Assembly (NCBI GenBank): GCA_965603825.1
Contig: CBFDEM010000053.1
Location: 1,450,879-1,514,878, forward strand
Length of the DNA stretch: 64,000 nucleotides
Direction: 5' to 3'
Origin: Blepharisma stoltei ATCC 30299
Taxonomy: Eukaryota; Protista; Ciliophora
Positions 24,835-36,082 of this stretch are shown one piece after another. The number at the start of each line of letters is the position of its first letter. Position 1 is the first letter of the stretch. The translations under genes and the position numbers were made by a program. The notes below the pieces were generated by a model that worked only from the letters and a program-made list of their open reading frames with translations, did no database searches and was not told the DNA's origin.

Positions 24835-25709
24835 TTATTATATGAATTGAGCCTATTTTTTAAAGTGAAGCCATCTTTGTGAGCAAAAATGTAAGTGCTT
24901 CTAATTTAATCAAAAAATCAAATTTTATCGATACTTTGCCAATTTCTTAAATAATTCTAGTTATATAAGAAAAAAGGAGTATTAGGATTAAAATTTCTTA
25001 AATCTTGATCATTTATTCCTTGAGACTTTTCTAGGGCCAAATGAAGTTATTTACTATATAACTTCGAATTTTGTGATGCTAGTCTCGTAGAGCTTGATAT
25101 TAATTATACAAAACGGTCTTTCTAGATGCAATCTTTTCGAGTTTATTTAATTCTGGGTGTCAAGCTTACTCAAAATTACTCTTTGCAAGAGAACTGTCGC
25201 TTATATAGCATCTGATAAAACAAAATATTCCTTCTAGATTAGCTAATTTTAAGTAATTATCAATATAACATATTTAATTATTTTAAGAAAATATTTTATA
25301 TATCCTCAAAAATAATTAAAGCATAGAATTTATTTTGGTTCAAAAATATTTGCTCCCTTTATTTAATTTGTAATTTTGCAAATGCATAAAAATGGATGTT
25401 TCATTCCTTCTTTAAGATTGTAATAAGTTTATTATGGTTATGTTTTATAAAATTTAATAAAGTTATAAAATAAAAAGAAGATATAATTTAGATTACCATC
25501 AATTTATTGGAATCATTATTGATATAAAATTTGCTATTTTTATGCTTAAAAGTGATATTTTAAATAATAAATAAATTTCAAATTAAGTTCCATTTTCCCT
25601 TAGAATGATAATTCATTTTATCTAAAATTATTATTGCTTATAAAAGCCTAATATCAAAAGTTGACGAAATTAAAATTAAATATTTATAAGGCAAATTTAA
25701 GCCAATCAG

Positions 25710-26213
25710 TTAATTATAAGTGATGGCCAGTTTAAAGAGAAGCCCAGCAGGGTTGTCATAAACACCTGAGCCTGCTTGAGCCCAGTTAAGGACTACAACT
25801 TGAACCACGTTTCTCCCTTGAATTGTTCTGCTGAGTAAATCAAAGGTCACTGTTTTTCTTCCTCCGTATGCTAAATCTTGGCTAGCCCCAATAAAGTTTC
25901 CATTGAGAAAGATTGCATAGCTGTTGTCAGCTGAAAAAGTGAGGAAAGATGAAGTTGGGAATCCAGCAACATTGAATTCCTTTTGGAATGCATAAGACTC
26001 TTCTGCAGTTGGATTTTCTATCAAATAGCTTTTCCAAATCCATTTGGCGCCTGGTACTGAAGCCCAGAGCGAATGTACCCAAGTTCCAACGGCGTTGCCA
26101 ATATAGTTACGACCTTCAACAGTCCATGACTCATCGCTGACGACTTCAAGGTACCCAGCTGATGCTGGTGATAGAAAAGCAAGAAGAGCCACCAAAACAA
26201 AATATTGACGCAT
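25710..26213 (-). CDS. Secreted lectin-like beta-sandwich protein, copy 2
   Basis: Signal peptide, VSDESW, GAKWIW, ADNSYAIFLNG, NPAGLLFK. Confidence 0.85.
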   Translation of the reverse strand: MRQYFVLVALLAFLSPASAGYLEVVSDESWTVEGRNYIGNAVGTWVHSLWASVPGAKWIWKSYLIENPTAEESYAFQKEFNVAGFPTSSFLTFSADNSYAIFLNGNFIGASQDLAYGGRKTVTFDLLSRTIQGRNVVQVVVLNWAQAGSGVYDNPAGLLFKLAITYN

Positions 26214-27476
26214 ATTTATTATTAAAGGATGATGTCGACGATTAAAAATGGATTCTAATGATATTTATGCATTTAAGGAGAAAGTCTTAGGAGTTTTGAT
26301 AAGCATTTCAGCTTATTTGAACATAATTAATAATAATTACTTGATTAATTATTCTTATTCGAATTAATCTTTTGAATAATTTGACAATTTAAAAGTTTCC
26401 TCTTGAATTAATGGTAGGGGAGATGAGTTAAATTCAAAATTTATTTTGAAAGGAATTAGAAGAATTATTTTTTGTTCTATGTTTTTAATTAATTAACTAT
26501 TTCTTATTTTTGTTTCTCCAAATACGCAGGCAAAAAATTTTGCTTTTCTCTTATATTATTTGTCTTTTGATATCTATGCTAATTTTTATTTTATAAAAAC
26601 TCTTAGAACTAAAATTTTGATCTAAGAGGAATATTAAAAGTTTAATGCTCTGTGATAGTGAGAATTTATCATTTAAGGCATCTAATTTTAAATTTCTAAG
26701 ACGCATACATGGCTTATTAACCGTTTAAATTTTTATATTTTTGCTTTTCAAAATCCCATATATTTTAGAATTTTATGTTTGCGCAGGACTCATTGCAAAG
26801 TGGTTCTCAATATCACATTGCTCATTAGTAGTAATATTATTCACTTATAATTTATTTGATAAATTCTTTTTAACGCACTAATTTATCTTGAAACTAATCA
26901 GCCAAGTTTATATCTCTATCGCCTTTACATAATTTAGCATAGACATTAATTCCTCATCTTTTAAAAATTAATAATTTTCTTTAAAATAGAAGCTAATAAT
27001 TTTTACTTTCTCTTTAATTTTGGATTATTCACTACTATTTTTTATTCTCTTATATTCTATTCCTGATTAACTTAGCTTATTTCCCAATTTTAATAAATTA
27101 AAACTTAATACGCTCTTGGAGTCTCAAAATGATATTTATCTATAAATCTGTTTCAATTTTTATTTGATTTTTGTTTTATCTTAATTAGCCTATATCCAAG
27201 TATTTTATTTACTTCAAATTCTTATGAAATCTATTCTCAATCAAGATTAGATATTTTGCATAGCCTACTTTATATGATTATAGACTACTGTTTTGAAGTC
27301 GCCAGTGCCCTTGAACACATTACCATTAGCAAGAACAAGAAGCGCTTTCGTATATTAGCTTAAAATTCTCCATTTTAAATAATTATCCTAATAAAAACCT
27401 AATATCAAATTGTTGAGTTAATTACTCAATCGAGCAGTATTAATAGAATTGTCGAATTTAGAATTGAGCCAATTAT

Positions 27477-27986
27477 TTAATTAAAATTGACTGTCAATTT
27501 AAAGAGTAGCCCTGCAGGGTTGGAATAAGAATTTCCTCCTCCTTGAGCGTAATTAGTAACAATAACTTGCACAACGTTTCTGCCTTGAATTGTTTTACTT
27601 AGTAAATCAAATGTTTTTGCTCTGCCAAAGCTTCCATCTTGCGTAGCTGCAACAAAATTTCCATTGAGAATAATTGCAAAGTTATTGTCAGCTGCAACGG
27701 TAAGGAGAGAAGAAGTTGGAAATCCAAAGATATCGAATTCCTTTACGAACATATATGACTCTTCACCACCTGGATTTTCTATTAAAGTGCTTTTCCAAAT
27801 CCATTTTGCGCCAGGAATTGAAGTCCATGCTGAATGAACCCAAGTTCCAACTGATTTTCCAATATAACGAGAGCCTTCAACAGTTCATGACTCATCGCTA
27901 ACAATATCAACGCTTCCAGCTGAAACTGGAACAGCTGATGAATGAAGTAAAGCGAAAAGAGCTAATAGTGCCCAAATCTGATTCAT
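27477..27986 (-). CDS. Secreted lectin-like beta-sandwich protein, copy 3 (169 aa)
   Basis: ATG 27986; VSDES* (TGA 27885-27887) where copy 2 has TGG; same motifs as copy 2. Confidence 0.85.
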
Positions 27987-28330
27987 ATTTATTATCAATT
28001 AATAGCGAATGAATTAATCACATTATATGGTTAAACAGAATAAAGTATATTTTTAATGTAATTGTCGACAATAATTAAGATAAATAGAAATCTTTTAAAC
28101 TAAAGCTTAATTGAAGTATAGGTATAAAAAAAATTAACTTTCTTCAATTCTTGTAATCTCAGAATATTTCTTATTAGTTTATTCAAGTTTTGGGAATATT
28201 AAATTGCAAGTGCATAAAATTTATTGCAGAATTAGTTTGTTGGTCAAAGATGGCCTTAAAAATTCAAATTTTTACTTAAATTTATATGAAAATGACCGCG
28301 TAATCGATTAAATAATATATTTAGATATTA

Positions 28331-28838
28331 TTATATATTAAGCCACGTTAATTTCAACTTAAATAGAAGTCCACCAGGGTTGGTATAAATATCTTTATTT
28401 TCTCTAGCATAATTCGTGACAACAACTTGAACCACATTTCTTCCTTGAACTGTTCTACTAATTAAACCATAGGTTTGAGCCATCCCTTCATTTCAGAATT
28501 GAGTTGCTACTATAAAGTTCCCATTGAAAATAAGTGTATAGCTATTGTCGCCAGCAATGGAAAGTAAAGACTGAGTGGGGGATCCATTAACATTAAATTC
28601 TTTTTGGAACATATATGACTCTCCAGATTCCGGATATTCAACAAAGACGCTTTTTCATATCCATTTTGCACCAGGAATTGTTGTTCATTGGGGGGTGTCT
28701 CCAAGCCGCAACTGCTTTACCCATATAATTTGTACCTTGAACATTCCAGGATTCATCACTTACAATTTCTGCGCTTTTATAAGATACTGAGCAAGATAGA
28801 AAAGCAAAGCTTATCAATAAGACAAGATGCTTAGACAT
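28331..28838 (-). pseudogene. Lectin-like copy 4, frameshifted (pseudogene or homopolymer error)
   Basis: Length 3n+1; deleting one base of the G6 run at 28690-28695 restores WRHPQWTTIPGAKWIWKS...NPGGLLFK. Confidence 0.7.
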
Positions 28839-28970
28839 CTCTATATAATTAAAAATATAGACAATCTGATTTTGCAATAAATATTAACTTTTAATGTTGC
28901 TCAATTTAGGATCAATAATTTATATTTTTGTATACTTGTTAAATTTAATATATATACGTATAAATATATT

Positions 28971-30011
28971 TTACTTGCCATCTATTTCTGCGACAAGAGC
29001 AACTTCATCAGCAGCTTTTTCATTTTCCTTTCTAGCAAGATCAAGTATCAGGGTTTTTATTTTATTTAATTCCTCTCTCAACTTGCTATTTTCGTCTCTC
29101 AAAGCCTTGAGTTGTTGCTCTTGACTGTATTTCTCACAAAATATAATTGGCCCAGTATGAGTTGTACGGATTTCCCACAATTTTCCTTGCTTTTTCTTTA
29201 ATTTTAATTTTTTTCTTATTAAAGTTTTGGACTCAATCTTTACATCAGTCCTATCAAGCTCTTCAAGTCATAAATTGGTAAGAATTTGAGTTCTTGAGTC
29301 CTTGATTTTAATCATACAAGGATTATTCATTATAGAAAGCTTAGAAAGCCTATGCAATTTCTTTAATGTTCTAATTACAAGGCTGAAAACAAGCAAAGAA
29401 TTTCCATTTAGATTTAGCTCTGTCAGCCTTTTACATTCAGCTAGCGGAGAAATGTCTTTGATTTTGTTTTTGGATGCCTTAAAAACTCTCAGTTTTTGCA
29501 AATTACTTAAAGGCTCAACATCAGTGACACTATTTTTGCTGACATTTAAATATACAAGATTTTTGCACTCCCCAATGCCTTTTAAACTCGTTAAGTAGTT
29601 TTCTGACAAGTCAAGATTTTCCAAATTAGTAAGCTTGCTTATATCAAATCTATCATTTGAACCAAATACGCTTAAACCTCTCTTGCTTAAATTCAATTCT
29701 CTTAAATCCGAAAGAAAAGAAGTTTTAGCAATCCTCAGAATTCTTTCTTCAGACAACTTTCCTATCTCGCTCAAAGGATTTTCTGGGATTTTAATTGATG
29801 TTAAAATCACATCTAAATCTCTTGAAGATTGCCATGATGGAATTCCAATGCAATCTTCAGACGAACTCGGGTAACTATCAAAGGATGGCGCTGAACTTTT
29901 GGTGTCAGGGTCTTTTAAATAGCTGACGTGGACTTTGTCCATATGAATTTCAAGCTCTCTTCTTGTGTCAAAAGACTGCTCATCAAATGGACAGCAAAAG
30001 CTTTTATTCAT
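28971..30011 (-). CDS. SDS22-type leucine-rich-repeat protein with N-terminal C2H2-like motif and C-terminal coiled coil (~346 aa)
   Basis: LxxLxLSxN repeats and NNP cap; joined across TGA 29268-29270. Confidence 0.85.
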
Positions 30012-30133
30012 GAAATTATTACAAGAAAAATATATTTAGTGGATTAAATATGGAGCTGCATTTTACTAGATATTCTAATTGATTGTATACAAAAAATTTA
30101 CTAAGTGATTTAGAAAGTAAAAATTAAAATTAG

Positions 30134-30185
30134 TAGAAATTGCCCGAGGATGGCGCTATTTTGCGCCATCCTCGGGCAATTTCTA
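30134..30185. repeat. Perfect 23-bp inverted repeat with 6-nt spacer (hairpin)
   Basis: TAGAAATTGCCCGAGGATGGCGC-TATTTT-GCGCCATCCTCGGGCAATTTCTA. Confidence 0.97.
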
Positions 30186-30253
30186 TATCAAAAATTTCTT
30201 CCATTGGGAGACAAACCTTAAAAAAAAGAGAGATTTAATCGAAATCTTTTTCA

Positions 30254-30700
30254 TTACTTTTTTGTAAATTGAAGAGATGCCCCATTAATGCAATATCGAA
30301 TTCCTGTTGCAGTAGGTCCATCATCAAAAACATGACCCAAGTGGGCATCGCAGTTTTGACATCTCACCTCTGTTCTTTGCATCCCATGAGTACTGTCATG
30401 AAGATTTTTAATTTGGTTAGCGTCCATCGGAGCATCAAAAGCAGGCCAGCCACATCCTGAGTTAAACTTTGATTGAGAGGAAAAAAGTTGTACCCCGCAA
30501 ACGACACAATTGTAAATTCCAGATTCATGATGATCGGTGTATTCTGATGTGAATGGGTATTCCGTGAAGCTTTCTTGAGTCACTTTATATTGCAGAGGAG
30601 TTAAACGCTTTCTTAGACTTTCTTTGTCTTCCATTGCTATAGGAGATTTATTGTCAGATGAGAAGGACCTAAGGAAAATATGTCTTAATCTGCTTATCAT
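30254..30700 (-). CDS. msrB: Methionine-R-sulfoxide reductase MsrB (Cys form); probable start at 30700
   Basis: Two CxxC, GCGWPAF, HLGHVFDDGP, RYCING; MISRLRHIFLRSFSS resembles a mitochondrial presequence. Confidence 0.92.
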   Translation of the reverse strand: MISRLRHIFLRSFSSDNKSPIAMEDKESLRKRLTPLQYKVTQESFTEYPFTSEYTDHHESGIYNCVVCGVQLFSSQSKFNSGCGWPAFDAPMDANQIKNLHDSTHGMQRTEVRCQNCDAHLGHVFDDGPTATGIRYCINGASLQFTKK

Positions 30701-30868
30701 AAAATTTATTAATTTTCTGGAATTTAATTGTTTTTTTGTTGGAGAAGAGTAATTAAATATTTTAATGCTGGGCAAGACTGTCAGGCAAATATTAGCAATT
30801 CTTTAATTAATTTTAAAAATTCATTCACAATAATTCCATATAAATTAGGAGAAATTATATTAAATTCA

Positions 30869-32092
30869 TTAAGCATCTATTTTCTTGGATATAATTATCT
30901 TTTCGATAGCTTTTCTATTCAAGTCAAATTCATAAATAGACCTATCTTCATATATCATTGATGAGTGTGCCCCAGTGCTTAAGACTAAAACAGGTGTTTG
31001 ATTTTTTGGTAATTCGCATTTTTTCATAAATATCGATCAGTTGAACGGGTCTTCAACATTGCTCTCAAAAACTCATCCTTGTGAAATTGCAATATAAGCT
31101 CTATCAATTATTGTAAAAATCACTTTTGAATTAAAGTAATTCTGCCACTTGTACTTAAATCTCAAAATATTTGTGTGATTATCTAAAATAGGATCATAAA
31201 TAAAAGCCTGTTCAATTGATCCTGTATACAAAATTTTATTTCTGAAAACTGTGCAATTTAAATCATAGCAACCAGAAGTTTGCAGCTTATTTGGAGCTAA
31301 AAATTTTCATCTTTGTGTCTGCAAATCATATTTTTCACAGTAGCTCTTCACCCTATGTCCTCTTCCAATTAAATAGATGCAACCGTCTAAATACGAAATT
31401 CCAGAGTCTTTGGAATGCATACCTTTGCGTACAATTTCAATATTTTTGGAATTATGCATGATAAATGCTATTTTTGGGTATAACGTGTAGCTATGATTTC
31501 TAAAGGCAAACAAAACATTATTAGGAAGAATGCATAAGCTGAATTCCATGTGTTTTTGTATGCCCATTCGGTTTTTTATTTTCGTGATAGATTTGTATGA
31601 GTTCAAAAGTATATTTTTCGCTTGGTGATGGTCAATTTTTAAATCTTGTAAATTTATATTATCATTTTTGGATGAATTTAATAATGGGTGAAAGTTATAA
31701 GGGCTGAAATTATAGTTTTTTTCGTTTTCAAAACTTATACATTCTTTCTCTAAATTCAATAAATTGAGAGATTCTAAGTATTGCGATTTTAGATGATCTA
31801 AATGTGACAGATTATAATTTAGTGTATTTGCTATTTGCATAATGTCACTCTTAGCTTTGTTTATAAGTGTTGATTTTTGAGAGCAAATTCATTCAATTTT
31901 GGAATTTATTTCTTCAAAATTTTCGCGTTGAGTTTTCATAAAATTTTCTTCTTTATAATATGCTAAGTGATGGTTGGAAGATGTTTCATTCAAGTGGCAT
32001 AATAAATGACTAAAGCAAATAGGCAAAACTTTTGAGCTACAAGTACATCAGCAATCAATCTTATTTGAGCACCCTAAATAAAAGCACCCCAT
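30869..32092 (-). CDS. B-box-like Zn motif + coiled coil + degenerate Kelch-like repeats (~407 aa)
   Basis: Single frame with UGA=Trp from ATG 32092 to TAA 30869; CFYLGC..C*CTC..CFSH..CH; IYLIG..CEKYDLQTQR*. Confidence 0.7.
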
Positions 32093-32333
32093 TTATATAT
32101 TACCAATAAAATATTAAACTAGGATTTTAATTAAATTTAGCTGGGCTTTATAAATAAATTACTTGGCAAACGCAATATTTTCAGACTTATATATTAACAA
32201 TCATATCTGAAAATAAATAACTATTTTATAATTAAGCGCTTTAAATAAGCTTTCTGATAGTTAGAAAAGCTTAAATTTTATGGCATTTTATAACATTTCT
32301 ATTAATTTTTATCGTCATATTTATATTATAATT

Positions 32334-33167
32334 ATGAGTCAATCTACAACGTTGGATTTTTTAAGACCCAAATTAGCAATTTTAATTCAAATAAAGAAGC
32401 GACAATTGCAAAGAGCCTATCTCAAATGATATAACGAAGCCTTAAGAAAAGTTATGGCAGAGAAGCACGGTAAATTAAAAGCATATACATTGAAATTGTT
32501 AAACAAACGAAGTCCAGTTAGACCCTCAAAAGTAGGATTAAAATCCGTTAAATTCCCTGAAGCTCTGGAAAGTGAAGAAATTGATGCACCAGCTCTAATC
32601 TATACAGATCGACTAAAAATATCCCCAACAGAAAAGCAATTACTAATAAATACTTTTGACATATCTAAAGAAAATAAGCATGACTCTGCCCTAAGTACGA
32701 AAGCGAGCACCCCTGATAATAAGCATTACATAAAGCGTAACAGCAGTGCTCCTTCAAAATCTCCTAAAAATTTATTTGACAAAATCCGTAACGATTTACA
32801 GCAAAAAGCTAGTAGACCTGATACGCCTACTGATCAAAAACCAATAGAAATTGGTGAAAGACTTTTTAGGCACGCTGAAATTATTAATAAAAAGAAAGAA
32901 ATTTTAAGAAATAGCAACAAAATCAACTATCCTTTCTCACCAAAAATATCAGACAGCACAAATAAATGACTAATTAAGCGAGAATACAGAATTAATAAAC
33001 CGAAAGAAGACCCAATAGCAATTGTATCTTGTGCGGAGGCAATGAGTGATCGAGTGAGTCGGCTTGGATTTTTAAGGACAATGAATCCGAATTTTAATTT
33101 AATTGAACAGAATGAAGATTTAGTAGAAAATTATCCACCTTCAAGCTATGATGAGAGGTATATTTAA
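32334..33167 (+). CDS. Hypothetical protein (~277 aa)
   Basis: Open with UGA=Trp from ATG 32334; IGERLF..YPFSPKI motif. A possible 15-nt intron at 33158-33172 would extend the C-terminus. Confidence 0.7.
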
Positions 33168-33362
33168 CACAGAACCAATGTAAACGTAATTAATATGAAT
33201 TTTAGTTATAAAAGCACTAACTGATGTATTTAATCAGCTTATAATTCAATTCTGAAAATTTAAATGAAAATAATAAAATATTCGAAGAAATAAAGAGTTA
33301 ATTTAATCTATTGAGAAAATGCTCGTTATTTCTCGACGGAAAAGAGGGTTTTCTTGCAATTT

Positions 33363-33524
33363 TTAAAGCCATTCAACCGAAGGCAATGGCAGTGTTCGTG
33401 GGTCGGGCGGTGATAAAGTTGTGTATTTATGCGTCCTTTTTGGGTATATATGCTTTCGTGAATCTCTGCTTTTGAAGTTTTGACTGTAATGACTCTGATC
33501 TTGGGTTCTCATTCTTTGCATCAT
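33363..33524 (-). CDS. 53-aa microprotein with PNRC/Edc1-like proline-rich C-terminus
   Basis: MMQRMRTQDQSHYSQNFKSRDSRKHIYPKRTHKYTTLSPPDPRTLPLPSVEWL*; coincides with a GC island in AT-rich DNA. Confidence 0.55.
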   Translation of the reverse strand: MMQRMRTQDQSHYSQNFKSRDSRKHIYPKRTHKYTTLSPPDPRTLPLPSVEWL

Positions 33525-34173
33525 CTCAATTTTGAATTATAAGAATATGCCAATATGTCATTTTTTTATTCAACTTTATAACTTTTACAAAAAATAATTC
33601 AATAAGATTGCATTTTGAAATGTTGAATGTATTAATCCATTTAAATAAATATTGTTAAAATAAAATCAAAGGTTGCCTTTATCACTAATTTGAAATTTAA
33701 TAGAAAATTGAATTTAATATAATTAACAAACTAAAACTGGTTTTATAATGATCAATAATTTCTAGAGATGATAATCATAATTTTACAACACAATTGAGCC
33801 TTTATGTAAACCAAGGCCCCGAATTCTTTAATAAAATTTAACTAGGGGTTTTAAATAATCAAAATTTAAGATGAATCAACGAGACTTAAAGTTATAATTT
33901 GATTTAAATATGAAAAACAATCTTTTGAGCATTTTCTTATAATAGCACTGATTATTTTATAGTTGTCTAAAATCAAGTCATTAAATTTTTTATTCTGTGA
34001 TAAATCAAAATAATTAAGGAAATAGATTTTATTTTTACTATCAATTAATTTAGCAAATCTCATGAATGCATTTAGATTCATTACCAATTTAGCCAAAAGT
34101 ATAAATTGCTGCTTTTTAAACTTATAATCTAAGTATAAATTAAAGCTCAAAATTAAAAGAGGAAAATATTAGG

Positions 34174-34563
34174 ATGGTAACAATTCACCCTCTTCACACT
34201 GCTTTCAAAAGCACATTAGCGAATATAATGAAAGCTTCAAGATGCTCAATTAACGTCTTAAACTTTCAAGAAAATCTTCAAATAATCACAGATTTGGACT
34301 CTGTATGTATGGATCCTCATCTGATAGCCTTCAGTTCAAGCTCAATATTAAACATAGGAGGCTCATGCAATTTATATTCACTTAATGATAATTCAAAGCA
34401 TCATTTAAGTGTCCTTACAAAGTCAAATCTTGAACCTTTTATATCATCAACGATAACTGGGCAAGTGATATTCAAGCATGATTTAGCGTATTCATTTCTT
34501 TATTTGATTCAAGTCAGTGATGTTAATTTGGGAAAAGAAGGAAAACCTCTTCTTTTAAAGTAA
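34174..34563 (+). CDS. Possible short ORF or gene relic
   Basis: 129-aa ORF with no motif; much of the antisense frame is also open under UGA=Trp, so strand is uncertain. Confidence 0.25.
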   Translation: MVTIHPLHTAFKSTLANIMKASRCSINVLNFQENLQIITDLDSVCMDPHLIAFSSSSILNIGGSCNLYSLNDNSKHHLSVLTKSNLEPFISSTITGQVIFKHDLAYSFLYLIQVSDVNLGKEGKPLLLK

Positions 34564-34994
34564 ATTCTAATATAACTTTAAACTGAAAAGCTTGATTTTA
34601 TTTTGTTATAATTAAAATAATTCCAATACTCAAATTTGTATTTTCATACGAAGCCATGTCAAATGGAGAATTTTAATAAAAATCCATTTCTCATTATACT
34701 ATCCATCACCCTAATTGCGGCCATAAATTTAAATCATCTGAAAGAATTTTAAAATCAGAAAATTAATTACCTCAGAAGTCCTTTATAAATGAAATGAATA
34801 ATTAATTTCATGAATTTCTAAGAAAAAGGCCTAAGCTTTTAGGCGTATAAAAGCAATGAAGAAAAGCCAACAATTAAAATAAATACTTTAGTTTTTAAAA
34901 GATAATTATCCGTTTATATCGAAATTTAAGCTTTTTCTAATTTAAACTTTCTAAAAATGGATGGTCGCTCTAAATTAGGAGAATAATAATAGAG

Positions 34995-35969
34995 ATGTCA
35001 AGCAAAAAATCCCATTCCCAGCTCAATGTAAAATTTCTTTCACTGAATCTGTTTCTTAGGCCACCTTTTATCCACACAAATGAAAGTGACTATAAAGATG
35101 CACGACTTCAGTATTTCATTCAAAATATAATTCAAGAATACGACATTATATGTCTTCAAGAAACATACTCTGCATACACTTTAAGACAAAACCGCTTAAT
35201 AGAGGAAGCAGAAACAAAACAATTTTTATACTCAGCTGTAAGTCCAAAGCCTAAATTTTGGTCAACCCAATTTGTTGACTGTGGCTTAGTAATTCTAAGC
35301 AAGTATCGCATCGTTGAAGTCGAGTTTTTACCTTTTACATATTCCCTTCTTCCAGACAAACTTTCATACAAAGGCTCTTTATATGCCAAAATTTTAATTA
35401 ATGGAAAATATATCCATGTTTTCACTTCACATTTGCAATCAAAGCACCCCACTGAAGACAGTGCTCAATATTTAGCCTATAGGCTTGTAAGAAGATCACA
35501 ATTGATAGAATTAAGAAATTATATTGACACTAAAATTGGAAACACTAATGAAGCAGCAATTATTGCTGGAGATTTAAATATAGATGGTAGAGAAGAACTA
35601 AAACCTCCAGCATTTCCTGTGATTTTTATTTAGGACATTGAGTGCAAAGATGATTATGAGAATTTCATAAATATTTTATCAAAACATGGAAAAGCAGCCT
35701 TAGTTGATATCTTAAGAAAAAAATACGGGCACTCTCCGGCAACATTTGGAAGAGGAGATGAGAATGGAAACCCACTTGAAAAAGTACTGACTGCGCCTGA
35801 TCAAACACTATGGGACGAATCATTGGACTATATTCTAATGATTAATGAAAACACCAGCGGCGTCACTATAAATTGGAGCGATACCCATGTAGAGCCTTTT
35901 TATATATCGGGGCAACCTTTTACTCAAATAAGTGACCATGCTGGAGTTCAAACATCTTTTAGATGCTAA
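34995..35969 (+). CDS. Neutral sphingomyelinase-like EEP-family phosphodiesterase (~319 aa)
   Basis: DIICLQE, GLVILSKY, TSHLQS, AGDLN, LDYI, SDH; intron 35619-35633. Confidence 0.88.
35619..35633 (+). other. 15-nt intron (GTGATTTTTATTTAG)
   Basis: GT..AG with in-frame TAG; needed to reach the catalytic SDH. Confidence 0.88.
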
Positions 35970-36082
35970 AAAATGTTTATATAGAAAATAGTTACAAATT
36001 TAGATCTATTATAATAAATATAATTAAAATTAAGAGTATTGTACTTTACCCTTCAAATGAAGTTATTTATATAATTTAATTA

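Noticed and set aside
30134-30254. SECIS element for a selenoprotein MsrB
   Set aside because: The catalytic residue is Cys (RYCING), MsrB has no in-frame UGA, and a perfect palindrome lacks the non-Watson-Crick GA quartet
33300-33540. Telomerase RNA or other ncRNA in the GC island
   Set aside because: No CCCTAACA template seen, and a minus-strand ORF accounts for the composition
33866-34150. 94-aa ORF on -
   Set aside because: Non-ATG start, intergenic-level AT content and no motifs
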